From the IMG/VR virus record IMGVR_UViG_3300046807_000016, positions 1 through 25,940 of that record: a stretch of 25,940 bases of DNA, one strand, 5' to 3'. The position numbers and the translations under genes were made by a program. Below are positions 1 through 7,041 of the stretch, piece by piece. Under the pieces are notes generated by a model. That model was not told where the DNA came from and did no database searches. It saw nothing but the letters and a program-made list of their open reading frames with translations. Source of the stretch: a virus (taxonomy: Duplodnaviria > Caudoviricetes). Numbering within the stretch: position 1 is the stretch's first letter; each line of letters begins with the position of its first letter.

Positions 1-135
1 AACAGCAAGATTAATAAAGTTGATCTGGTCAATATGCACACGGGTAAGATTCGTGTTGTTAAGACCGTACAAGCGGCTAAATGGCGCATTACGCGAGCGG
101 TTAACCTAGCCAAGAAAGTACAGAAGCAGGTATGA
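1..135 (+). CDS. 5'-truncated small basic hypothetical protein (...NMHTGKIRVVKTVQAAKWRITRAVNLAKKVQKQV)
   Basis: Frame 1 is open from base 1 to TGA 133-135. The stop overlaps the next ATG (ATGA 132-135). Confidence 0.65.
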   Translation, partial: NSKINKVDLVNMHTGKIRVVKTVQAAKWRITRAVNLAKKVQKQV

Positions 136-308
136 ATACGCTATATAGGGAAACAGTAACTCATGACACCAGCGATGGCCGTATAAATTGGCCTTTCCCG
201 TCCGTTAACGGCCAACAGACACCAGCATCAGTGGCTTTGATGGCTGATAAGGGACAGCATAAGCCAACGCCTAAGGATTTATCAGACATTGAGGGTGCAC
301 TGGTATGA
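132..308 (+). CDS. 58-aa hypothetical protein with NWPFP motif (below ORF-track cutoff)
   Basis: Hand translation: MNTLYRETVTHDTSDGRINWPFPSVNGQQTPASVALMADKGQHKPTPKDLSDIEGALV. ATGA overlaps at both ends (132-135, 305-308). Confidence 0.7.
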   Translation: MNTLYRETVTHDTSDGRINWPFPSVNGQQTPASVALMADKGQHKPTPKDLSDIEGALV

Positions 309-520
309 CTAAACTAAAACAATTTAGTTACAAGGTAAGAGGGTTTGACTTCTATGGCCTGTGCGAGATACAATCTATTGAGTCATTGCCCTTGATTGTC
401 TCATGCACTGACCTATACATGGAAGGGTTAGACGATGAGGACGTAAAAGGCATCATTGACTATCAGATCATCCTTGACATTGAGGACATGATAAGAATTG
501 AAGTTGAAAATGGTAAATAA
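305..520 (+). CDS. 71-aa acidic hypothetical protein
   Basis: ATGA-coupled to the upstream ORF, with GAGGG upstream. Fills the gap to the next RBS. Confidence 0.7.
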   Translation: MTKLKQFSYKVRGFDFYGLCEIQSIESLPLIVSCTDLYMEGLDDEDVKGIIDYQIILDIEDMIRIEVENGK

Positions 521-532
521 AGGAACATTGAA

Positions 533-1126
533 ATGAATATTATTGAAAAAAACATTAAAGGAAAACACTTTTGTGGTAACGCATTGGTGTCTGATAACGC
601 ACGGGTGTCTGGTGACGCATTGGTGTATGGTAACGCACGGGTGTCTGGTGACGCATGGGTGTCTGATAACGCACGGGTGTCTGATAACGCACGGGTGTCT
701 GGTAACGCATTGGTGTATGGTAACGCACGGGTGTCTGGTGACGCATGGGTGTCTGATAACGCACGGGTGTCTGATAACGCACGGGTGTCTGGTAACGCAT
801 TGGTGTATGGTAACGCACGGGTGTCTGGTAACGCACGGGTGTCTGGTAACGCATTGGTGTATGGTAACGCATGGGTGTCTGGTAACGCCATCATCGAAAA
901 AACATCAGATTATTTGACTATTGGCCCTGCGAAGTCTTCGGGACGTTTCACAACTGCACATAAAGATTTTAAAATTGGTATCCGTGTTAATTGTGGTTGC
1001 TTTAGTGGCACAGTTAAAGAGTTTTCAGAGGCTATCGAGAAAACACACAAGGGCAACAAAGAACATCTGGAACAATACAGGCTGTTTTGTCAGTTGATCG
1101 CCTTCAACTTTGGGGTTACAGAATGA
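533..1126 (+). CDS. Hexapeptide-repeat (left-handed beta-helix-like) phage protein
   Basis: RBS AAGGA upstream. 17 V[SY][GD][ND]A[RLWI] repeats, then a C-terminal domain with VNCGCFSGT..EF..AI.KTH, typical of this phage family. Confidence 0.85.
   Translation: MNIIEKNIKGKHFCGNALVSDNARVSGDALVYGNARVSGDAWVSDNARVSDNARVSGNALVYGNARVSGDAWVSDNARVSDNARVSGNALVYGNARVSGNARVSGNALVYGNAWVSGNAIIEKTSDYLTIGPAKSSGRFTTAHKDFKIGIRVNCGCFSGTVKEFSEAIEKTHKGNKEHLEQYRLFCQLIAFNFGVTE
587..892 (+). repeat. Coding tandem repeat, 17 x 18 bp (consensus GTGTCTGGTAACGCACGG), containing a 90-bp higher-order duplication (623-712 = 713-802)
   Basis: Read directly from the sequence; units are contiguous with no spacers. Confidence 0.95.
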
Positions 1127-1188
1127 AACATTGGATTGTCTTAGGTGTAGTACTAATTGCCTATCTGGTAGCGAGTGCTTATGCTTAA
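1123..1188 (+). CDS. 21-aa hydrophobic microprotein MKHWIVLGVVLIAYLVASAYA
   Basis: ATG overlaps the upstream stop (ATGA 1123-1126). Single TM/signal-like stretch. Confidence 0.5.
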   Translation: MKHWIVLGVVLIAYLVASAYA

Positions 1189-1275
1189 ATGGATTATTGA
1201 GCTAATCCTGCCATCACGAAAGGCTCAGGAAGGCCTTTAAACGGGCCTACAAGGGCCTCAAATCAATCAACTAAT

Positions 1276-1734
1276 CTATTTGTATGTTTCAGGGAAAGAC
1301 CAAGGCTTTGAGCGCCTGATTTCAAGAGCTTCAATTTTTCGGTCAATCTCTGAATTTCGATCAAAGGTTACTTTGAGTGTTCTTTTAAAGGAGTCACCCA
1401 TCTCTGAAATTTCATCAAGAGTCCAACGAACAAGTTTAGACTGTATTTTGTGATACTTATTAATTAAGTATTCAAGACGATCTTCTGCTGTAAAGAGTTT
1501 ACGATCCCCTAAAAAGGTGTTACACTCTGCACAGCAAGGGATGAGAGCAAAGGGAATCTGAGCTTCTTTGAAGGCTTTGACTCCGTAAGGCTCGACCCAC
1601 GCTAAGGGCGGAGAGTGATCTAGTGTATCGGCAGGTGCGTTACAGTAGAAACACAAGAAGCCTTCTTCGGTGTACAATCGCTCATAGAGATGGTTGTATG
1701 TTTTGAGTAATCGTGTACGTTCTTTTGATTTCAT
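1276..1734 (-). CDS. HNH-family (His-Me finger) endonuclease-like protein, antisense to its neighbours
   Basis: CFYC...ADTLDHSPP...LIPCCAECN motif. AGGAG RBS lies 6 nt before the ATG on the - strand. Confidence 0.8.
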   Translation of the reverse strand: MKSKERTRLLKTYNHLYERLYTEEGFLCFYCNAPADTLDHSPPLAWVEPYGVKAFKEAQIPFALIPCCAECNTFLGDRKLFTAEDRLEYLINKYHKIQSKLVRWTLDEISEMGDSFKRTLKVTFDRNSEIDRKIEALEIRRSKPWSFPETYK

Positions 1735-1782
1735 AAGTTCTCCTATGGATCATAGTATTATACATGATGTTTATGTAAAAGA

Positions 1783-1802
1783 TATACGTAAAACTACGTA
1801 TA
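1783..1802. promoter_or_regulatory. Perfect 8-4-8 inverted repeat TATACGTA-AAAC-TACGTATA in the divergent intergenic gap (operator-like)
   Basis: Palindrome seen directly; function inferred. A - strand TATAAT lies at 1757-1762. Confidence 0.4.
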
Positions 1803-1813
1803 GAGGAGCTTAA

Positions 1814-2050
1814 ATGCGCTGTGTTATTTGTGATCGTAAACTGAAAGAACATGAGTCTGTACGCAGACATGGAATTACCAATGAGTTCTTGGATATGTGC
1901 GATGGGTGCTTGAAAGAGATTCCAAACCTGCCGACAAAGCTCCCCAAGGGTGTGATCCAAGTGACTGATCCGTTCGAGGACATCGAAGACAACACTGTAG
2001 ACATTGACGATGTTACAGATTGTTACAATTTAGACCTTGACAAAGATTGA
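1814..2050 (+). CDS. 78-aa zinc-ribbon protein (CxxC...CxxC) with acidic tail
   Basis: MRCVICDRKL...DMCDGC. GAGGAG RBS at 1803-1808. Confidence 0.75.
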   Translation: MRCVICDRKLKEHESVRRHGITNEFLDMCDGCLKEIPNLPTKLPKGVIQVTDPFEDIEDNTVDIDDVTDCYNLDLDKD

Positions 2051-2064
2051 GAACTGGATATAAT
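2037..2064 (+). promoter_or_regulatory. Consensus sigma70 promoter TTGACA-N16-TATAAT
   Basis: TTGACA 2037-2042 and TATAAT 2059-2064, directly ahead of the longest non-coding stretch. Confidence 0.8.
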
Positions 2065-2069
2065 AATCT

Positions 2070-2240
2070 ATATAGACGCTAAGACATTTCATCTATGCTT
2101 AGAAGTTACATACTATAAGTACTTACTATAAGTATTTATACATTAACGTATAAGCATAGATGTAACGTATAAGTACTTTAAAGTAACATTAAAGTACTTA
2201 TGTAACATTGTCTATGTTAGATGTGTGTCTAAATGTTATT
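2070..2240. other. AT-rich non-coding region with nested inverted and direct repeats; candidate replication origin or structured leader RNA
   Basis: 12-bp IR 2090-2101/2151-2162; 13-bp IR 2169-2181/2189-2201; AAGTACTT x3; TACTATAAGTA x2; TAACGTATAAG x2. Confidence 0.55.
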
Positions 2241-2263
2241 AACTTTCAACAACTGGATTCATT

Positions 2264-2470
2264 ATGAATGATTTGTCTATCACCATGTACGAAGAATTTG
2301 ACTCACAAGAGCAGGAACTTATGCGCTTTGAGTGCTGGTATCACTCTGTGATTGACGATATGGCTGGTCTTATTCGTGCCAATGGCTACGATAAGGTCAT
2401 GTTTGATGTGATGTGTGCTGTGAAGCGAATGTCTGAGGAACGTAGTTTCGTAGAGGATACACAAGAATGA
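2264..2470 (+). CDS. 68-aa hypothetical protein
   Basis: First ORF after the promoter and AT-rich region. GGA upstream; codon style like neighbours. Confidence 0.7.
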   Translation: MNDLSITMYEEFDSQEQELMRFECWYHSVIDDMAGLIRANGYDKVMFDVMCAVKRMSEERSFVEDTQE

Positions 2471-2523
2471 TTGTCTCACTGTTTGTGGGTGTCTTAACAC
2501 TGTTAAAGGTGGTGCTTAAATGA
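2467..2523 (+). CDS. 18-aa hydrophobic microprotein MIVSLFVGVLTLLKVVLK
   Basis: GAGGA RBS upstream. ATGA overlaps at both ends (2467-2470, 2520-2523) fill the gap exactly. Confidence 0.55.
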   Translation: MIVSLFVGVLTLLKVVLK

Positions 2524-2762
2524 GCAACAGATTTGCACTTGATTTGTCTTTAGGTGAGTCTGCTACGGTATGTGTCTTCTTTGACATCATCACCGATGAC
2601 GGGACACCTTATGTGGACTTTGAGAACATTGAAGTCATGTATAAGGGTGTTGACATTGTTGATACCTTGGACTTGAATGACCTTGCATCACTGGATAAAC
2701 AGATCATGACTTCATGGGATTTGATCGAGAAACAAGCGTATGAGGACGATGATGGACTTTAA
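2520..2762 (+). CDS. 80-aa acidic hypothetical protein
   Basis: AAGGTGG RBS; ATGA-coupled. Confidence 0.7.
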   Translation: MSNRFALDLSLGESATVCVFFDIITDDGTPYVDFENIEVMYKGVDIVDTLDLNDLASLDKQIMTSWDLIEKQAYEDDDGL

Positions 2763-2763
2763 T

Positions 2764-3207
2764 ATGACCAAAGACGCAATGAAGCTGGCGCTGGAGGCGT
2801 TGGAATACATTGACCTATGCGACAACGACAGAGACTTTCTCCATCCGCATGAGTGTTTTCAACTGGACGAAGTCATCACCGCCATCAAGCAAGCCCTTGC
2901 AGCACCTGTGCAGGAGCCAGTGGCGTGGCGATGGCTGAACAAGGAAACAGGGAAAGTCGGAGCCTATTTTGAAGACCCCGCCAATTTCTTCGACCTTGAA
3001 AAACAATCGAACTACGAGTGGACGCCTCTTTACACCACCCCACCCAACGTGGCTACGCCACTGGCAGCACAGCGGCAATGGCAGGGGCTGACGGATGAAG
3101 AAAAGCAAGAATGGATTGATGCTATGCCATACACCATTGAACCTCGACATTGCATGATTTTGGTCAATGTCATGGAAGCCAAACTCAAGGAGAAGAACTG
3201 TGACTAG
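2764..3207 (+). CDS. Modular phage accessory protein (MKLALEAL / QEPVAW / PLYTTPP / WQGLTDEE segments); start revised from 2740
   Basis: Segment motifs typical of mosaic accessory proteins in proteobacterial phages. Visibly more G/C-ending codons than the flanking genes. Confidence 0.75.
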   Translation: MTKDAMKLALEALEYIDLCDNDRDFLHPHECFQLDEVITAIKQALAAPVQEPVAWRWLNKETGKVGAYFEDPANFFDLEKQSNYEWTPLYTTPPNVATPLAAQRQWQGLTDEEKQEWIDAMPYTIEPRHCMILVNVMEAKLKEKNCD

Positions 3208-4801
3208 TAAGTTTCTACGTCATATCGCCTGTGAGCACTGCGGAAGCTCTGACGCTAACAGCCTCTATGACGATGGACACACTCACTGCTTTCAATGCGG
3301 TACAACAGAGCACGAAGGTGCTTACGATGAGCGAACGGTAATGAGGGACGCTGTAGCCCCTCGGAAAGCAACACCAATGGTAGACGTTAAAGGTCAATTC
3401 AAATCAATCCCTGATCGAGGAATCAGTCAGGCAACATGTGAGAAGTATGGAGTAACCACTGATGGAGATAAACAGTATTATCCTTACACTGACGGAGACG
3501 GAGTTAGAACGGCTGTTAAACAACGCAATGTTCCTACAAAGGCATTCTCCATCACCGGAGATTTCAAGGGAGCAACACTTTTCGGTCAGCATCTCTTTCA
3601 CGCTGGAGGAAAGGCTATCACCATCACAGAGGGAGAGCTTGATGCTCTCGCTGCTTTCCAAATGCAAGGGTCTCTCTACCCTACAGTGAGTATCCGTAAC
3701 GGTGCTCAGGCTGCTTTGAAGGACTGTAAGGCCCAGTATGAGTGGTTGAACAGCTTTGACTCTGTGGTGATCTGCTTTGATGCCGATGAGCCGGGAAAGA
3801 AAGCTGCTAAGGAAGTTGCTGAGTTGTTCGGTAACAAGGCCAAGATCATGCAACACAAGAGTGGACACAAGGATGCTTGTGATTACCTGATTGCAGGAGC
3901 TACCAAGGACTTTGTTAACGAGTGGTGGAGAGCTGCACCTTATGTGCCTGACGGTATTGTTAACGCTGCTGATCTCTGGGAGGAAATCTCCAAGCCAGAG
4001 CCAGTTGCAGAGGCTCAGTACCCTTGGAAGGGCTTGAATAAGCTCTTGTACGGTATCAGACCTGCTGAGTTGATCACGGTTACCGCAGGCAGCGGATTGG
4101 GTAAGAGTCAGTTCCTTCGGGAGATTCTTTACAACCTGCTGAAGACCACAAGCTGGAACATTGGTGGATTGTTCCTTGAGGAATCTACCCGTAAGACAGC
4201 ACGAAGTATTATGTCATTGCACGCTAACAAGTTGTTGCATTTGCCTGATACTCCAACGACTGAACAGGAATTGAAGGAGGCTTTTGATGCTACTCTTGGA
4301 TCTAATCGCATCTATCTATTTGATCACTTTGGCAGCTCTGATGTGGATAACATCTCCAACAGAATCCGTTACATGGCAAAAGCCTGTGATTGTCGCGTGG
4401 TGTTTCTCGATCACATTAGCATCGTTGTTAGTGGTCAAGACTTAGGCGATGAACGCAAAGCTATTGATAACATGATGACGAAACTGCGGACACTGGTTCA
4501 GGAGTTGAATATCACATTGATCTGTGTTAGTCACCTTCGTAGGCCTCAGGGCAACCAAGGTCACGAAGATGGCGGTAGCGTGTCTCTGTCTCAGTTGCGA
4601 GGCTCTGGTGCTATTGCACAGTTGAGCGATGCAGTGATCACGTTGGAGCGTAACAGCATGGCTGAGAACGAAGATGAACGTCACCTGACCAAGATTGCAG
4701 TGGCAAAAAATAGGTACAACGGGGAGACTGGCCCTGCTTGTAAGTTACAATATAACGGTTATACTGGACGTATGACTGAAGTTGAGGAAGAGCCACTATG
4801 A
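3200..4801 (+). CDS. T7 gp4-like DNA primase-helicase (likely GTG start at 3200)
   Basis: Zn ribbon CEHCGSSDA...HCFQC; TOPRIM ITEGELDA and FDAD; SF4 helicase AGSGLGKS, VFLDH, SHLRR, LRGSGAIAQLSD, KNRYNGETG. AAGGAG RBS before the GTG. Confidence 0.96.
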   Translation: MTSKFLRHIACEHCGSSDANSLYDDGHTHCFQCGTTEHEGAYDERTVMRDAVAPRKATPMVDVKGQFKSIPDRGISQATCEKYGVTTDGDKQYYPYTDGDGVRTAVKQRNVPTKAFSITGDFKGATLFGQHLFHAGGKAITITEGELDALAAFQMQGSLYPTVSIRNGAQAALKDCKAQYEWLNSFDSVVICFDADEPGKKAAKEVAELFGNKAKIMQHKSGHKDACDYLIAGATKDFVNEWWRAAPYVPDGIVNAADLWEEISKPEPVAEAQYPWKGLNKLLYGIRPAELITVTAGSGLGKSQFLREILYNLLKTTSWNIGGLFLEESTRKTARSIMSLHANKLLHLPDTPTTEQELKEAFDATLGSNRIYLFDHFGSSDVDNISNRIRYMAKACDCRVVFLDHISIVVSGQDLGDERKAIDNMMTKLRTLVQELNITLICVSHLRRPQGNQGHEDGGSVSLSQLRGSGAIAQLSDAVITLERNSMAENEDERHLTKIAVAKNRYNGETGPACKLQYNGYTGRMTEVEEEPL

Positions 4802-5007
4802 ATATTACCATTGAACAGCTTGATGATCAGTACGATTGTGATACCTGTGGATGTTCCTTTGCAGAAGGAGCTGTAGTTCTGTTTGACGGAGAAGAAGTTA
4901 TTTCGATGAGGCCCCAAGCTCATTGTTACGCAGGAAAAACCTACACTGATGACATGATTTTTGAGGCTATCTTGAATAAACTTGGACACACATTGGAGTA
5001 TGTATGA
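4798..5007 (+). CDS. 69-aa hypothetical protein (DCDTCG...AHCY, possible metal site)
   Basis: ATGA-coupled at both ends; GAGGA upstream. Confidence 0.7.
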   Translation: MNITIEQLDDQYDCDTCGCSFAEGAVVLFDGEEVISMRPQAHCYAGKTYTDDMIFEAILNKLGHTLEYV

Positions 5008-5174
5008 CAGCATGGCATGGCGGTAAAGGCTCATCTAGCCGCCCTAAACAAGTGAGCGATGAGGATTATGCAAACCGATGGGATGCTATCTTTGGAAGGG
5101 ATAAGGCTAAGAAGGAAGAACCTATTGGTAAACCTTTGAAAGAAGAACCTTTGAAGGAAAATGAGAATGATTAA
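5004..5174 (+). CDS. 56-aa hypothetical protein with GGKGSxxRP...WDAIFG motif (not in ORF track)
   Basis: Hand translation: MTAWHGGKGSSSRPKQVSDEDYANRWDAIFGRDKAKKEEPIGKPLKEEPLKENEND. GGAG RBS; ATGA overlap. Confidence 0.75.
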   Translation: MTAWHGGKGSSSRPKQVSDEDYANRWDAIFGRDKAKKEEPIGKPLKEEPLKENEND

Positions 5175-5319
5175 CGCAGAGCAGTTGATCGTGGGGGCCA
5201 CCGGAGTAGGATACCTCATCGTAGGTGTGCTACAATGGAGCAAGGGAGAAATCTCTAACGGGATGATCTGGACGGGGTATGCCTTTGCTCAGATCGGACT
5301 TTGGTTGAACATTAAATGA
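5167..5319 (+). CDS. 50-aa two-helix membrane microprotein (not in ORF track)
   Basis: MINAEQLIVGATGVGYLIVGVLQWSKGEISNGMIWTGYAFAQIGLWLNIK. AAGGA upstream; ends 9 nt before the polymerase ATG. Confidence 0.7.
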   Translation: MINAEQLIVGATGVGYLIVGVLQWSKGEISNGMIWTGYAFAQIGLWLNIK

Positions 5320-5328
5320 AAGTAACTT

Positions 5329-7041
5329 ATGAGGATTGTCCTCGACATTGAGACAAACCTAGCACATGACAAGATTCATGTTGTTGTAACTAAAGACATT
5401 GACACTGGAGAAGTAAAGTTATGGAAAGCAGCCGACAACCTGCGGGAGTATTTAAAGGGCGTGTCGTTGATAGTCATGCACAACGGCATAAGTTTCGATG
5501 TACCAGTATTGAATCGCTTATGGAAGACGAAGATTCGTTTGAATCAAGTGTACGATACGTTGATAGTAAGCAGGCTACTCGATCCCTCACGAGAGAACGG
5601 ACACAGCCTCGAAGCATGGGGACAGACACTTGGATTTCCAAAGATTGACTATGCGAAAGTATGGGAATGGCTTATGGATCGCCGTGAAGAATATCGTGGT
5701 GAGAGCTTCGATTTTCCTCATAGTGGGCTTCTTGATGACTATTGCGTACGTGATGTCGAAGTAACTGCTAAACTGTATCTCAAGTTGGTCAATGACTTCA
5801 ACGAGAAACAGTTTAGTCTGGAGTCGTTGGAACTTGAACACAGTGTTGCCGCTATCATTGCTCAACAAGAAAGGAATGGGTTTAAACTTGACCAAATCTA
5901 CGCAACCTGCTTACTTACTGACATCAAGTCAAGAGTGGCTGAAATATATGAGCGAATGCAATCACGATGGCCTCCGGTCACTGTTGAACGATACTCTGAC
6001 AAAACAGGAAAGAGACTCAAGGACAGCGTGGTTACTTTCAACCCCGGAAGTAGACAACAGATCGGAGAGCGACTGAAGGAACTAGGGTGGAAGCCTAAGG
6101 AGTTTACCGAGACAGGTATTCCTAAGATTGATGAAACAGTCTTGGCTAACATCAAGATTCCCGAGGCTCAGACCATTGCTGAGTATTTGATGCTACAGAA
6201 ACGTATCAGTCAGATCGAGTCATGGATGGAAGCTGTAGGCAAGGATGGACGAGTACATGGTAAGGTAATTACCAATGGTGCTGTGACAGGTCGTATGACC
6301 CATAGCAGCCCTAACATGGCTCAGATTCCCAATGCAGGTAGCATCTATGGCCCTGAGTGCCGTGAGTGCTGGACTGTTGAAGAAGGGAATGTGTTGGTAG
6401 GTTGCGATGCTTCAGGCTTGGAGCTTCGTATGTTGGCTCACTATATGAAGGATGCAGGATATGTCAGAACAGTTACAGAGGGAAGTTCTAAAGATGGTAC
6501 AGACGTACATACGGTCAACCAACGAGCTGCTGGACTATCTACCCGAGATAATGCCAAGACATTCATCTACGCCTTTCTCTACGGAGCTGGAGATGGAAAG
6601 ATTGGAAGCATCGTTGGTGGTACTGCTAAAGATGGTGCAAGACTCAAAGCAAAATTCCTATCACAAACACCAGCCTTGGCAAAGCTCATTGAACGAGTCA
6701 GCAAGCAAGCCGCCAAAGGGTGGGTTCCCGGGCTCGACGGAAGACGTATTTGGGTACGATCTGAACACGCTGCTCTCAATTCGCTTCTCCAAGGAGCAGG
6801 AGCAATCGTGATGAAGAAGGCTTTGGTCTTGTTCGACAACAAGGTCAAGGCTAACAAGTGGGCTGTTAAGTACGTTGCTAACGTCCACGATGAAATTCAG
6901 CTAGAAACCTCTCCTGAGTTAGCGGATATAGTGGGAAAGGCTTGTGTTGAATCTATTCGAGAAGCTGGTGAGTTTTTTAAATTGAGGTGTCCTTTAGATG
7001 GAGAATATAAATATGGAAAATCATGGAGACACACCCACTAG
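5329..7041 (+). CDS. polA: T7-like family A DNA polymerase with 3'-5' exonuclease
   Basis: ExoI DIE, ExoII HNGISFD, ExoIII YCVRD; motif A DASGLELR, motif B RDNAKTFIYAFLYGAG, motif C VHDE. Confidence 0.97.
   Translation: MRIVLDIETNLAHDKIHVVVTKDIDTGEVKLWKAADNLREYLKGVSLIVMHNGISFDVPVLNRLWKTKIRLNQVYDTLIVSRLLDPSRENGHSLEAWGQTLGFPKIDYAKVWEWLMDRREEYRGESFDFPHSGLLDDYCVRDVEVTAKLYLKLVNDFNEKQFSLESLELEHSVAAIIAQQERNGFKLDQIYATCLLTDIKSRVAEIYERMQSRWPPVTVERYSDKTGKRLKDSVVTFNPGSRQQIGERLKELGWKPKEFTETGIPKIDETVLANIKIPEAQTIAEYLMLQKRISQIESWMEAVGKDGRVHGKVITNGAVTGRMTHSSPNMAQIPNAGSIYGPECRECWTVEEGNVLVGCDASGLELRMLAHYMKDAGYVRTVTEGSSKDGTDVHTVNQRAAGLSTRDNAKTFIYAFLYGAGDGKIGSIVGGTAKDGARLKAKFLSQTPALAKLIERVSKQAAKGWVPGLDGRRIWVRSEHAALNSLLQGAGAIVMKKALVLFDNKVKANKWAVKYVANVHDEIQLETSPELADIVGKACVESIREAGEFFKLRCPLDGEYKYGKSWRHTH

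Noticed and set aside
587-892. CRISPR array or DGR template/variable repeat
   Set aside because: Units are contiguous 18-mers with no unique spacers and encode an in-frame hexapeptide repeat. No cas or reverse transcriptase gene is in the window.
463-917. Alternative-frame ORFs 463-894(-), 543-917(+), 555-872(-)
   Set aside because: They are open only because the 18-bp unit lacks stops in those frames. Only 533-1126 has an RBS and a non-repeat domain.
1221-1260. GGCCT-containing hairpins as a terminator between the converging small ORFs and the HNH gene
   Set aside because: Stems are short with wobble pairs and have no convincing U-tract on either strand.
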